A DNA stretch of 58,641 bases from a virus (Duplodnaviria; Caudoviricetes), in the IMG/VR virus record IMGVR_UViG_3300032303_000399, positions 1 to 58,641 of that record, one strand, 5' to 3'. Shown piece by piece: positions 28,307-36,897 of this stretch; within the stretch, counting starts at the first letter, position 1, and every line of letters starts with the position of its first letter. The notes under the pieces were generated by a model. The model worked only from the letters and a program-made list of their open reading frames with translations, searched no databases and was not told the DNA's origin. The position numbers were made by a program, and so were the translations under genes.

Positions 28307-28786
28307 ATGCCTAAGTGTACAATTCTTGTTGGTGTTCCTGCTTCTGGCAAGTCTACGTGGGTTCAGACACACATGCCTATGGCTAATGTAATGTCAACTG
28401 ATATCGTTATCGAAAACGTTTCGCGCTCATATGGTATGACTTATGATGAAGCTTTCAAAGAGCTTATTAGTTTTGCTGATAAGGTGATGTGGAGACATAT
28501 TACGTGGTCTATCACTGAACAGGTGGATTTTATTATTGATTGTACTAACCTGACTGCAAAGTCACGTAGGAAGTTCATAGAAATGCTCAAGCAGCTGTAT
28601 GAGTATGATATCGAAGCAGTGGTATTCCCTATGCCAGGTACTGAGAAGCTGTCTACAGAGGAATGGAATCGTCGTCTGGATTCGCGACCTGGTAAGACAA
28701 TTCCGAGCCACATTCTGTCGTCGATGATCGAACACTATGAGCCTCCTACACTAAGTGAAGGATTTTCGAAGGTAACTATATTGTAA
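28307..28786 (+). CDS. P-loop kinase (polynucleotide-kinase / AAA_33-like)
   Basis: GVPASGKST, D.TNL...SR and GKTIP...EGF. Confidence 0.85.
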   Translation: MPKCTILVGVPASGKSTWVQTHMPMANVMSTDIVIENVSRSYGMTYDEAFKELISFADKVMWRHITWSITEQVDFIIDCTNLTAKSRRKFIEMLKQLYEYDIEAVVFPMPGTEKLSTEEWNRRLDSRPGKTIPSHILSSMIEHYEPPTLSEGFSKVTIL

Positions 28787-28799
28787 ATTAACCGACTAT

Positions 28800-28807
28800 T
28801 ATAAATA
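28800..28807 (+). promoter_or_regulatory. Late promoter TATAAATA
   Basis: Exact consensus 6 nt before ATG 28813. Confidence 0.7.
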
Positions 28808-28812
28808 GTCGT

Positions 28813-29100
28813 ATGAGTTACGATGTATTTTTTAAAATTATCGGAGATGTTGGATTCCCCATCGCGGCAGCATTGCTCGGAGGGGTTTTCGTGTATTTTG
28901 TCATCAATTACATTCTAGAGAGCGTTGTTAAGGCAATCAAAGGAATGCAGGGTATTATTATGGGACTTGACAACCGCGTCAAGACAATGAACCATGATAT
29001 TATTCGCGTTGATGCAGTAGTTAGTTCAGCTCTAGGTCTTAAACCTGACCTAGACAGAATCGCTCGAGCAGACGGGAAGAACGATGCTCGGAGAGACTAA
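28813..29100 (+). CDS. Membrane protein, first of a paralogous GFPI pair
   Basis: N-terminal TM with GFPI; LDNRVKTMNHDIIR. Confidence 0.75.
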   Translation: MSYDVFFKIIGDVGFPIAAALLGGVFVYFVINYILESVVKAIKGMQGIIMGLDNRVKTMNHDIIRVDAVVSSALGLKPDLDRIARADGKNDARRD

Positions 29101-29363
29101 TGGATCCACAACTAATTGCTAATTTAATTAAACAATATGGTTTCCCTATCGTTTCTTCAGTAGGTATGGGATACTTCGTATATTTTATTTACAAGTTTGT
29201 AACAGATAAATTAATGCCACTGATTGGCGAAACCAATGTTATTTTAATCGCGCTTATTGATCGTATCCGTATGTTGGATAATGACCTAATAAGATTGAAT
29301 CAGAAGGTGATTGTTATTTTGCAGATTAAGGAGGACCATAGTGACTATAAATCTAAAGATTGA
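29100..29363 (+). CDS. Membrane protein, second of a paralogous GFPI pair
   Basis: N-terminal TM with GFPI; LIDRIRMLDNDLIR. Confidence 0.75.
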   Translation: MDPQLIANLIKQYGFPIVSSVGMGYFVYFIYKFVTDKLMPLIGETNVILIALIDRIRMLDNDLIRLNQKVIVILQIKEDHSDYKSKD

Positions 29364-29515
29364 AGTCCTTAAAGTCTTTGCTTTTGAATTTAATTTTTCT
29401 TCTGATAAAAAGAAAAAAGATGAAGATATTGAAAAGAAAGAGCCTACTAACAAGCCTGCTATTACTAAGCAACCCAGCAACTAAACTTCGTCTGCTACAG
29501 GGAGACTCTGCCGCT

Positions 29516-30298
29516 ATGTCTATGAGCAATAGTTTTATACCTACACAAGAAATTAAAAAGTATAGAACAATCTTTATCTCTGATGTTCACTTAGGAACTA
29601 AGGGATGTAAGGCAGAACTTCTTAACAATTTTCTTAAGAACAACTCTTGCGAAACACTGTATCTCGTAGGAGATATTATTGATGCCTGGAAGATTCAGCA
29701 GAACAAATTAAAGTGGAAACAGTCGCATACCAATGTGGTTAGACGTATTCTAGGCTTCTCTAAGCACGGAACTAGAGTTGTATATGTTGCCGGCAATCAT
29801 GACGAGTTTCTTAGACCCATGATACCGTATGGTGTTTCTTTTGGTATGGTTGAGATATGCAACCAGATTTGCCATGAGGGAGTGGATGGCAAAAGATATA
29901 TGGTTGTACACGGGGACCTGTTTGATGGTGTTACTCGATTAGCACCTTGGCTAAGTTTCTTAGGCGATAAAGCATATGACTTTGTGTTAGATCTTAATGG
30001 TAGATTTAATTGGATCCGTCATAGAATGGGATTCGGATACTGGTCATTAAGCAAATGGTTAAAGCATAGAGTTAAACGAGCAGTGGACTTTATGTTTAAA
30101 TTTGAAAAAACCATTGCTGCTTATGCTAAAAGAAAAAAATATGACGGTATTATCTGTGGGCATATACATAATGCGGAAATTAAAGATATCGACGGAATAA
30201 TCTATATGAATGATGGTGACTGGGTAGAGTCCTGTACAGCATTAGTAGAACACCACGACGGCGCCTGGGAAATTATAACTTGGCAAGTAATACAATAA
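29516..30298 (+). CDS. LpxH-like calcineurin-family metallophosphoesterase
   Basis: SDVHLG, GDIID, GNHD, HGD, GHIH and NDGDWVES; GGAGA RBS before 29516. Confidence 0.88.
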   Translation: MSMSNSFIPTQEIKKYRTIFISDVHLGTKGCKAELLNNFLKNNSCETLYLVGDIIDAWKIQQNKLKWKQSHTNVVRRILGFSKHGTRVVYVAGNHDEFLRPMIPYGVSFGMVEICNQICHEGVDGKRYMVVHGDLFDGVTRLAPWLSFLGDKAYDFVLDLNGRFNWIRHRMGFGYWSLSKWLKHRVKRAVDFMFKFEKTIAAYAKRKKYDGIICGHIHNAEIKDIDGIIYMNDGDWVESCTALVEHHDGAWEIITWQVIQ

Positions 30299-30571
30299 GT
30301 ATTAATCTGACTTATAAATCCCGGACATTCGAAATTGATGGCAAGACCGAGCCTGATCTGACAGGTAAAATTGAGATCCTTGGAGAGACTGCAACTGGTG
30401 TGAGTAATCCAGTAGCATTGCTCTCCGTCGACGTGCTTCCGCATTAGGTGCAGGATCTAATTGTTCAGGGGAATCTTCTATCAAGTTCTATTACTCTGTT
30501 CTTTTGAGTTAGATGTTACTTATCTATTTAGTACATCATTACCTGATACTATTTGATAATCCACATAAGTG

Positions 30572-30600
30572 ATTATATACCTACATACCAATATTGTCAA
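30572..30600 (-). promoter_or_regulatory. Perfect sigma70 consensus promoter on the minus strand, reading into a non-coding gap
   Basis: TTGACA(30600-30595)-N17-TATAAT(30577-30572). Confidence 0.7.
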
Positions 30601-30662
30601 CTATATAAGTGTGTTTTTACAGAAGCAAAAATTTCGTGTGCCCTCTCGATAAAGATTGACAT

Positions 30663-30670
30663 TATAAATA
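30663..30670 (+). promoter_or_regulatory. Late promoter TATAAATA
   Basis: Exact consensus upstream of ORF 30713. Confidence 0.75.
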
Positions 30671-30712
30671 AAATAGGTTAATTTTAATTATAATAAAGAC
30701 GAAGGCAGATTG

Positions 30713-31702
30713 ATGAAATCTTTTAAAAACTACATTGCAGAAACTCGTATGACTACACTTGGAGATATTACATCGGCCATTGCTAGTCATAAGAAAGCTG
30801 GGGAAATTCTTAACCCTGCCTATCAGGATCTTGGAAGCCAAGCTCGTCGTGTATTTGGTGTTGATACCCGCCATGTACAGGAGCTTATTCTTAAACATTT
30901 TCATGCTGGTGATAAGACCCCAGAACTAAACGATCTCTATTATTCCTGGCCGTCTGACTCTTTTGCGTCTCTGAACAAAGCTGCTAAGCTTCTTGCTAAG
31001 GTAAAGGATCCTAAGCATAAGGACGTTATTGCGGCTGGTAACGAGGTAGTTAAGAAGTGGAAGCCGGTTGCTGACGATCTTAAAGCTCTTAAGGGTATGG
31101 TTATTAAGATGACGCAAAAGCGTGCCGAAGACAAGATCGCCGCTGCATCTGCTATGGATCGTAAGTTTGCTGACTCGTCGTCTTTGATTAAGATCTTCGA
31201 AAGCCATATGCAAGAGTATATTGATATGGCAAAAAAGCGTTCAGAAGAGTTTGTCCGGGATAAACTCGAGATACTCAAGAAACATGATATGGATCTTGAT
31301 AAGGTAGCTCCTCGTCCTCGTTCGAATATGAGTAGAGGAGAATACATGGCTGCTGAAGCCAAGCGCGACCTATATCGTTCGTTTACAAAGCCTGTATCCT
31401 CCAGCACAGCACGTTCAGGAGAGCCATATATCGTTAAGGCTAATCAGGCTATGATCGATCGCTATGTCGAACTTAACGTCAAAGGTGCTGAGGAAGCATA
31501 CCGGAATTTTATGGCTAAGATGATTCAGAAGATTGGTAAACCTGTTGTCGATGCTAAGATGACAGGCAACATCTGGACAAATGCAACGTTACATGTAACG
31601 ACGAATGATGGAGAATATCAAACCTGGAGCACCCAGATGATTCTGAACTTCTCAAAATATCAAAAAATGTTTAATCAGTTTCCAAGCCGTAAAGTGAAAT
31701 AA
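30713..31702 (+). CDS. Putative internal head (injected) protein
   Basis: MKSFKNYIAE resembles the T4 capsid-targeting sequence MKTYQEFIAE; has its own late promoter; Lys-rich. Confidence 0.7.
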   Translation: MKSFKNYIAETRMTTLGDITSAIASHKKAGEILNPAYQDLGSQARRVFGVDTRHVQELILKHFHAGDKTPELNDLYYSWPSDSFASLNKAAKLLAKVKDPKHKDVIAAGNEVVKKWKPVADDLKALKGMVIKMTQKRAEDKIAAASAMDRKFADSSSLIKIFESHMQEYIDMAKKRSEEFVRDKLEILKKHDMDLDKVAPRPRSNMSRGEYMAAEAKRDLYRSFTKPVSSSTARSGEPYIVKANQAMIDRYVELNVKGAEEAYRNFMAKMIQKIGKPVVDAKMTGNIWTNATLHVTTNDGEYQTWSTQMILNFSKYQKMFNQFPSRKVK

Positions 31703-31716
31703 TTTAGGTTTTTATT

Positions 31717-32292
31717 ATGTCTAGCGTGCATAAAGAATCAGGCCATGTTGTGGATCTGAAATACCTACAACTTGTCCTACAGAAGTACCATCCAAACTAT
31801 ATGAAACCAGAGTTCCGAGAGGAACATAACCGCCAGGCATTGGACGGAGAGCTAAACATCTCTCAGGCTATGGAAGGGTTGATACATATTCTATCTGATA
31901 GCAAACTGGAACGTACTAATAAGACTGGACGAGATTTTAACTACAAAGATAACCCTGAGTACGGATTCGAACTCAAAAATGTTAGCATCAACTATTCTGT
32001 TGAAAAGAAACGCAACGGTGAAGGTATGCAAAAGCCTATCTATCGTGGCAACATCGGTAATCTAAGCCATAAAACTGTTCCGCTACTCGTTACTATATAC
32101 AACCCACACTTTGATGATGTAGAATGTTTTTATCTGCCTTACGAGGATTGGATAAAATATAAAAACAATCATAATCGCATCGTATTGACCGGCAGATACG
32201 ACGATGGAATTATGACACGTATGGAGCCATATAAGTGTGCTGATATACACGACATGATATCTAGAGCTATTGCCGATGCAGAAAAACTTTGA
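31717..32292 (+). CDS. Hypothetical protein, possibly PD-(D/E)XK-like
   Basis: Clean ORF; weak D...ELK pattern (RDFN...FELK). Confidence 0.55.
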   Translation: MSSVHKESGHVVDLKYLQLVLQKYHPNYMKPEFREEHNRQALDGELNISQAMEGLIHILSDSKLERTNKTGRDFNYKDNPEYGFELKNVSINYSVEKKRNGEGMQKPIYRGNIGNLSHKTVPLLVTIYNPHFDDVECFYLPYEDWIKYKNNHNRIVLTGRYDDGIMTRMEPYKCADIHDMISRAIADAEKL

Positions 32293-32349
32293 ATGGGGCT
32301 TGACATTTTATCCATTTATGTTATAATAAGAACATAGAAGGAGAAAACA

Positions 32350-32811
32350 ATGCTTCTGATGATCGAAGGTACTGGTAAGCGTAACGCAGGCAAGCTCGAA
32401 CAGGCTGCACGTTTCTTTGCGAGTCAGCTCCTACATGCACGTACGATTTCTAAACTTACGATCGATATCGAAATCGTCAATAGCCTTGACGTTGAAGGCG
32501 AATGCATCTCAGAAGATGATACGAAAAATCCTCGCTACTTCACAGTTCGTTTGCGCAAGCAGCCTGTCGATGATATGATTCGCACCCTAGCGCATGAAAT
32601 GGTACATGTTAAGCAGTACGCTAAGAACGAGCTCGGTAAAGAACTTGCTCTGGCTCGTGGTGGTAAAGGACTTCGGATCGTTACTCGCTGGATGGGTGAG
32701 TTCTGGAACCCTAAAGGCAAGGAAGATGCCTATTGGGATGCGCCTTGGGAGATCGAGGCTTATGGTCGTGAAGTCGGACTTCACCATAAATGGGCAGCAT
32801 TTAATGGTTGA
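32350..32811 (+). CDS. Zincin-like metallopeptidase domain protein
   Basis: LAHEMVHVKQY (HExxH) and PWEIEAY; TTGACA-N16-TATAAT at 32300-32327; AAGGAG RBS. Confidence 0.8.
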   Translation: MLLMIEGTGKRNAGKLEQAARFFASQLLHARTISKLTIDIEIVNSLDVEGECISEDDTKNPRYFTVRLRKQPVDDMIRTLAHEMVHVKQYAKNELGKELALARGGKGLRIVTRWMGEFWNPKGKEDAYWDAPWEIEAYGREVGLHHKWAAFNG

Positions 32812-32867
32812 CCTTTTATTAAAAGAAGGGTATTGTTAATTATAAGTTGGAAAGAAGGACGATTGAA
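32808..32867 (+). promoter_or_regulatory. Repeated early promoter-RBS cassette, copy 4 (type A)
   Basis: TTGACC-N17-TATTGT-TAATTATAAGTTGGAAAGAAGGA. Confidence 0.85.
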
Positions 32868-33056
32868 ATGGACAATTATCAAGTGCTTTCTGAAATTGCG
32901 GAATTTACTGGTCATGGTGAATGTGTAGTCATTAAACAAACCGACTGGGAATCGCTAGTTAATTGGGTCAACTCTCTTCCGGATGATGTTTTGTCTGATC
33001 GACCGAATTTTGATGTTCTCCCCGTTATCATTAGTAAGGAAGATTCATATGACTAA
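32868..33056 (+). CDS. Early hypothetical protein
   Basis: ATG after the cassette. Confidence 0.65.
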   Translation: MDNYQVLSEIAEFTGHGECVVIKQTDWESLVNWVNSLPDDVLSDRPNFDVLPVIISKEDSYD

Positions 33057-33198
33057 GTTTGTAGTTCAGTGGTATTCTTCGTCAATTGGCTGGTATGATG
33101 TTAAGGAATTGACAAAAGAACAAGCCGTTCGAGAATCTCGCAAGGGCTATACGGGTATACGTGTTGTAGAGCGTTCAAGAGGTATGGAAAATGACTAA
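33049..33198 (+). CDS. Small hypothetical protein
   Basis: AAGGA RBS; overlaps both neighbours. Confidence 0.55.
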   Translation: MTKFVVQWYSSSIGWYDVKELTKEQAVRESRKGYTGIRVVERSRGMEND

Positions 33199-33814
33199 GT
33201 TTGTAAACAGATTCGTTATCTCCGATACACACTTCGGACATACGAACTCATGGGAAAAGTTTAAGCTGGCTGATGGTAGTCCGCTGCGCCCGTTTACCTC
33301 TACGGAGGAGATGGATGAGACTATGATCGAGCGTTGGAACGCCAAGGTTAAGCCTGGGGATACGGTGTATCACTTGGGCGATGTTGTTATCAACCAGAAG
33401 TCTCTGCACCTGGTTAGCCGCCTGAACGGTCGTAAGATCCTGGTACGTGGTAACCATGACATCTTCAAGGACAAGCAGTACGCAGAGGTTGGCTTCGAAC
33501 AGATCCATGGTGTACGTGTGTTTGTGGATAAGTTCATCCTGTCTCATATCCCTCTGCATCCTGATTGTGTGACAGAACGCTTTCGTGTCAACGTCCACGG
33601 GCATCTTCATGCAAATGAGATCATGTGGCAGCGTACCCCTGCAAATGGATTGGGTCCATTGACTGCTGATCCGCGTTATATGAGCGCGTGTGTGGAATTG
33701 AACAACTATGCACCCGTAAGTTTTGAAGAACTAGAAGCCAAAATTCAAAAGAGATGGTCTGATTGTGGCTATCAGCCGCCAAAAGGATATTTTAACGGAT
33801 CTGGTCCTTCTTAA
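33191..33814 (+). CDS. Calcineurin-like metallophosphoesterase
   Basis: SDTHFGH, HLGD, GNHD, SHIP and HGHLH. Confidence 0.9.
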   Translation: MTKFVNRFVISDTHFGHTNSWEKFKLADGSPLRPFTSTEEMDETMIERWNAKVKPGDTVYHLGDVVINQKSLHLVSRLNGRKILVRGNHDIFKDKQYAEVGFEQIHGVRVFVDKFILSHIPLHPDCVTERFRVNVHGHLHANEIMWQRTPANGLGPLTADPRYMSACVELNNYAPVSFEELEAKIQKRWSDCGYQPPKGYFNGSGPS

Positions 33815-34547
33815 TTCTACCAGTCTTATAATCTAGAGCAAAGGCATCTTCCGGCTTAATTTTATAGTTTTTAACTCCATCATTAAACCAAGAAGTGCCT
33901 TTGCTCTTCTCACCAATCTTTCTTTTCGTTTCATCACTCACCTTTTTACCATAGTTTGGGTTGCCTGACCCTTTCCTCTGTTCGGACCATATCTTTCTTG
34001 TTTCATCAGAAGGAGGACCGATAGGTTTACCTAATTTCGATTGGCGTAGTTTCTCTTTAGATTCTTCTGACCATTGACGGCCAGGTTTGCCTTTTCTTTG
34101 TTCGGACCATATCTTTTTTGTTTTATCACTAATGGATCTACCAGTCAAAGACTTTGATATTTTCTTTTTATGATCATCGCTGAATGGTTCTAACTTTTTA
34201 CCTTTATTCCAAGGTTCACTACCTTTCATGCATGGTGGGGATGCTGTAGGATTTACGTTTAGCCATTTTGATTCTTTAATGTGAAACGGATCTTTTGAAT
34301 GTAATTTACGTAGGACCCTTTCTTCCCAGTACCTTACTTCTGATTCGGTTTTGAATGTTCTACGAACTTGAATAATATCAGGGTCCCCATTCTCCTTTAT
34401 GAATGTCTTTACTGCGTTTGATGAAGTCTTATACGGATTCCACAAATCGGTTGGATTGCATTTATTGCTCCACCGAGCGCCATAATACCACTTGTTGAGT
34501 TTCGACCAGCCGATTAGATATGTGTATGGTGTGAAAGTAGTTGACAT
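33792..34547 (-). mobile_element. Free-standing GIY-YIG-type homing endonuclease with NUMOD3 repeats
   Basis: YTYLIGW...WYYGAR, YKTSS and WEERVL; repeated KIWSEQRKG and SDETKRKI; GGAGG RBS; minus-strand TATAAATA at 34571-34578. Confidence 0.85.
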
Positions 34548-34615
34548 TTTTCTATCCTCCTATATAATGGTATTTATAATTTTGATGTTTTTGCGTTTAA
34601 ATGGAGCATACTTTT

Positions 34616-34771
34616 ATGACTGAAACTTTTAATGAAACTGTTACTATAACTAAGAAAGAATATGAGCCGTTGCATTTTGATGAGGTTGATGCTAAGATCA
34701 AAAAGCGTTGGGAGGATACTGGTTATGCTCCTACTGTAAAATCATGGGGTAATGGAAGTGGGCCGAATTGA
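34616..34771 (+). pseudogene. Chimeric 51-aa ORF carrying a diverged duplicate of the phosphoesterase C-terminus
   Basis: YEPLHFDEVDAKIKKRWEDTGYAPTVKSWGNGSGPN versus YAPVSFEELEAKIQKRWSDCGYQPPKGYFNGSGPS. Confidence 0.75.
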
Positions 34772-34832
34772 TGGGTAAACTAGCACAAGCAGCTTAAGCA
34801 TCTGATGTTCACATAATTTATGGAGATTTGAA

Positions 34833-35045
34833 ATGAAAAATATTTTGGAAACAGTTTTTAATCGTATGTTCAGCGGTACCACTCTTTTTATGTTGGGAGC
34901 TGCGGGACTTGGTTTACTCCTAGTAGCTACTGTAGATAAACAGCAGACACAAGAAAGCATCTGCTATGCACAGGGCATGGTTCGCGTTAAGACTGATGCT
35001 GGTGCCCGTTGCGTACTGCCTAATTCTTTGGTGGAGATTAAGTAA
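34833..35045 (+). CDS. Single-TM hypothetical protein
   Basis: GGAG RBS; hydrophobic segment. Confidence 0.65.
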   Translation: MKNILETVFNRMFSGTTLFMLGAAGLGLLLVATVDKQQTQESICYAQGMVRVKTDAGARCVLPNSLVEIK

Positions 35046-35368
35046 TGACTAACACAACACCACCGGATTGGGCGCTGATCGAAGCCGCAAAGCGTGGCGG
35101 ATTTAACCCTGATCTGCGGTCGCTCCGCAGTATGTATGCGGGAGACGGGTTGTGGAAAGCAACCTTCCGCGCCCTCTGCGATATGATCGCCAAGCACGAA
35201 CAGCCGCCCGTTGATCGCAAGCTGCTGTGTGCGCGGGAGGCTATGGCGAGAGCGGCTGGAAGCGAAGTGTCTGAAAGGCATTGGCGCGCTGGCAGCAGTG
35301 ACTATATGCCGAGTATCCAAGGGAGTATCCGCGCCATCGAACTTTGGGAAGAGGGGTTTGGGAAATGA
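35045..35368 (+). CDS. Hypothetical protein in the high-GC island
   Basis: Coupled ORF with GC-rich codons. Confidence 0.65.
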   Translation: MTNTTPPDWALIEAAKRGGFNPDLRSLRSMYAGDGLWKATFRALCDMIAKHEQPPVDRKLLCAREAMARAAGSEVSERHWRAGSSDYMPSIQGSIRAIELWEEGFGK

Positions 35369-35586
35369 GCGACGATTTCAAAGAGCGGCTGCGGAACACC
35401 GACCACAATTGGCACGAAGCGGCTTGTGCGGAAGCTGAACACCGCATCGAAGCCCAAGCGGCGGAGATCGAGCGGCTGCGGGATTTGTTGGGACGGGCTG
35501 ATGCAGCACTGCGTGGTGCCAACATGAACATGAACGTGGTCGAGCGTAAAATCCGCGCAGCCCTAGCAGGAAAGGCAGAGCAATGA
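35365..35586 (+). CDS. Hypothetical protein in the high-GC island
   Basis: EAQAAEIERLR...RAAL motif. Confidence 0.65.
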   Translation: MSDDFKERLRNTDHNWHEAACAEAEHRIEAQAAEIERLRDLLGRADAALRGANMNMNVVERKIRAALAGKAEQ

Positions 35587-35819
35587 TGAAAACAATAAGC
35601 GACTTCGGAACCTGCCCCGCCTTCGATTGCAAGTGCGAGTATGTCTCAATGGTCGAAGCCCAAGCGGCGGAGATCGAGCGGCTGCGTGGGGCGTTGAACG
35701 ACGCTGCGGAAGTGATTGAAATTTGCAACACTGTATTTTTGCACAAATGGGGAACCACAAATAAATGGCGCAACGCCGTTCTTGCGAAAGCCCGCGCAGC
35801 CCTAGAAGGAAAGGCAGAG
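35447..35819 (+). repeat. Two direct-repeat pairs: 34 bp exact (35447-35480, 35653-35686) and 28 bp with 1 mismatch (35553-35580, 35792-35819)
   Basis: TCGAAGCCCAAGCGGCGGAGATCGAGCGGCTGCG and CCGCGCAGCCCTAG(C/A)AGGAAAGGCAGAG. Confidence 0.9.
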
Positions 35820-35834
35820 AACTTTCGTTTTTAA
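35583..35834 (+). CDS. Hypothetical protein in the high-GC island
   Basis: EAQAAEIERLR...RAAL motif. Confidence 0.65.
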   Translation: MMKTISDFGTCPAFDCKCEYVSMVEAQAAEIERLRGALNDAAEVIEICNTVFLHKWGTTNKWRNAVLAKARAALEGKAENFRF

Positions 35835-35892
35835 CAGTTGACTTTTTATAGAAAGTAACCTATAAAAAGATATAGTAAAGAAATGGACTGTT

Positions 35893-36060
35893 ATGGATTG
35901 GCAACAAGACTTTAAAAAAATTAAACAGATACAAGAATGCGGTGATCGTGCTCAGAATCCTTGGTTCAAGGAATATTGGTATAAGACCGCAAATGTGTTG
36001 TCTGAAACATATCTTGCAGGTCAACCTTGGCTTCGTACATATGATGGAGAAATTAAATGA
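35893..36060 (+). CDS. Small hypothetical protein (MDWQQDFKKIKQ...)
   Basis: Translated by hand; downstream of TTGACT-N17-TATAAA at 35838. Confidence 0.55.
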   Translation: MDWQQDFKKIKQIQECGDRAQNPWFKEYWYKTANVLSETYLAGQPWLRTYDGEIK

Positions 36061-36458
36061 TCGTTCAGAACGCAGTAAGTTGTAATAGTTGCGGAGATAT
36101 GATTATCTCGAAGCATCGCCATGACTTTGTAACCTGCACATGTGGTGCCATATCTGTAGATGGTGGTCAAGCTTACTTACGCCGTGTAGGCAGTCTTGAG
36201 CCTGGTTCGTACACTGACCATAGCTGGGAGCTTCCGGATGATCTGTACGAGGACTGTGCTGAGGCTGTCCAGAAAGCTATCGATACCAACCGTAATAGCC
36301 GTGGTATTGCTAATGCTGTAATGCGGGCGCTTCGCGAAGCTCATCGTATTGTGGCAGACCGCGAGCCTCGTATCTTTGCAGAGAACAAGAATCTCGATGA
36401 GATCATGGTTGAGGAAGCTGACGGCACTGTGAATCGGTACAAGAAGGTAGTACAATGA
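36057..36458 (+). CDS. Zinc-binding hypothetical protein
   Basis: CNSC...HRHD..CTCG..VDGG. Confidence 0.7.
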   Translation: MIVQNAVSCNSCGDMIISKHRHDFVTCTCGAISVDGGQAYLRRVGSLEPGSYTDHSWELPDDLYEDCAEAVQKAIDTNRNSRGIANAVMRALREAHRIVADREPRIFAENKNLDEIMVEEADGTVNRYKKVVQ

Positions 36459-36691
36459 ATCTTGAACTCGAAGCCTACGAGGGCGAGCTTGCTATGCTGC
36501 GTAAGTGTTTTAAACTTGTAAAGCATACTGGCCTTGCCGAGAAGATGGGTAATATCTACTTCATCTGTGGTGAGAGTGGGGAGAAGGATCATAACAATCT
36601 TCCCAAGCAGATTCATATCTGTCCTGCATATGGTGTAGATTGGTTTCAAGTTTATGAACGAACGAATGACACTTGGGGACCGGAGTGGTGA
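36455..36691 (+). CDS. Hypothetical protein
   Basis: Coupled ORF; ICPAYG motif. Confidence 0.65.
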   Translation: MNLELEAYEGELAMLRKCFKLVKHTGLAEKMGNIYFICGESGEKDHNNLPKQIHICPAYGVDWFQVYERTNDTWGPEW

Positions 36692-36897
36692 TGCTTTTTA
36701 ATATATACCGTTTAGTAGTTTGCCTTATTATGGCAAGCAATATTGTTCCTCTATTATATTATTTGAACAATAGTACACCAATACCTGAATCTACCGCAGC
36801 TTGGGCTTGCTTTTTTACATCCTTGTTTTTATTCGAGAGATTGTATATATCTATACGTATGGAACATGAAATGAGGGGTACAGATGAATTGGGATAA
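36691..36897 (+). CDS. Two-TM hypothetical protein
   Basis: Hydrophobic; GGAG RBS. Confidence 0.5.
   Translation: MLFNIYRLVVCLIMASNIVPLLYYLNNSTPIPESTAAWACFFTSLFLFERLYISIRMEHEMRGTDELG

Noticed and set aside
33792-34547. Homing endonucleases as group I intron-encoded
   Set aside because: Host genes end with their own stop codons before or within the HEG end, and there is no room for a ribozyme core; they are free-standing.
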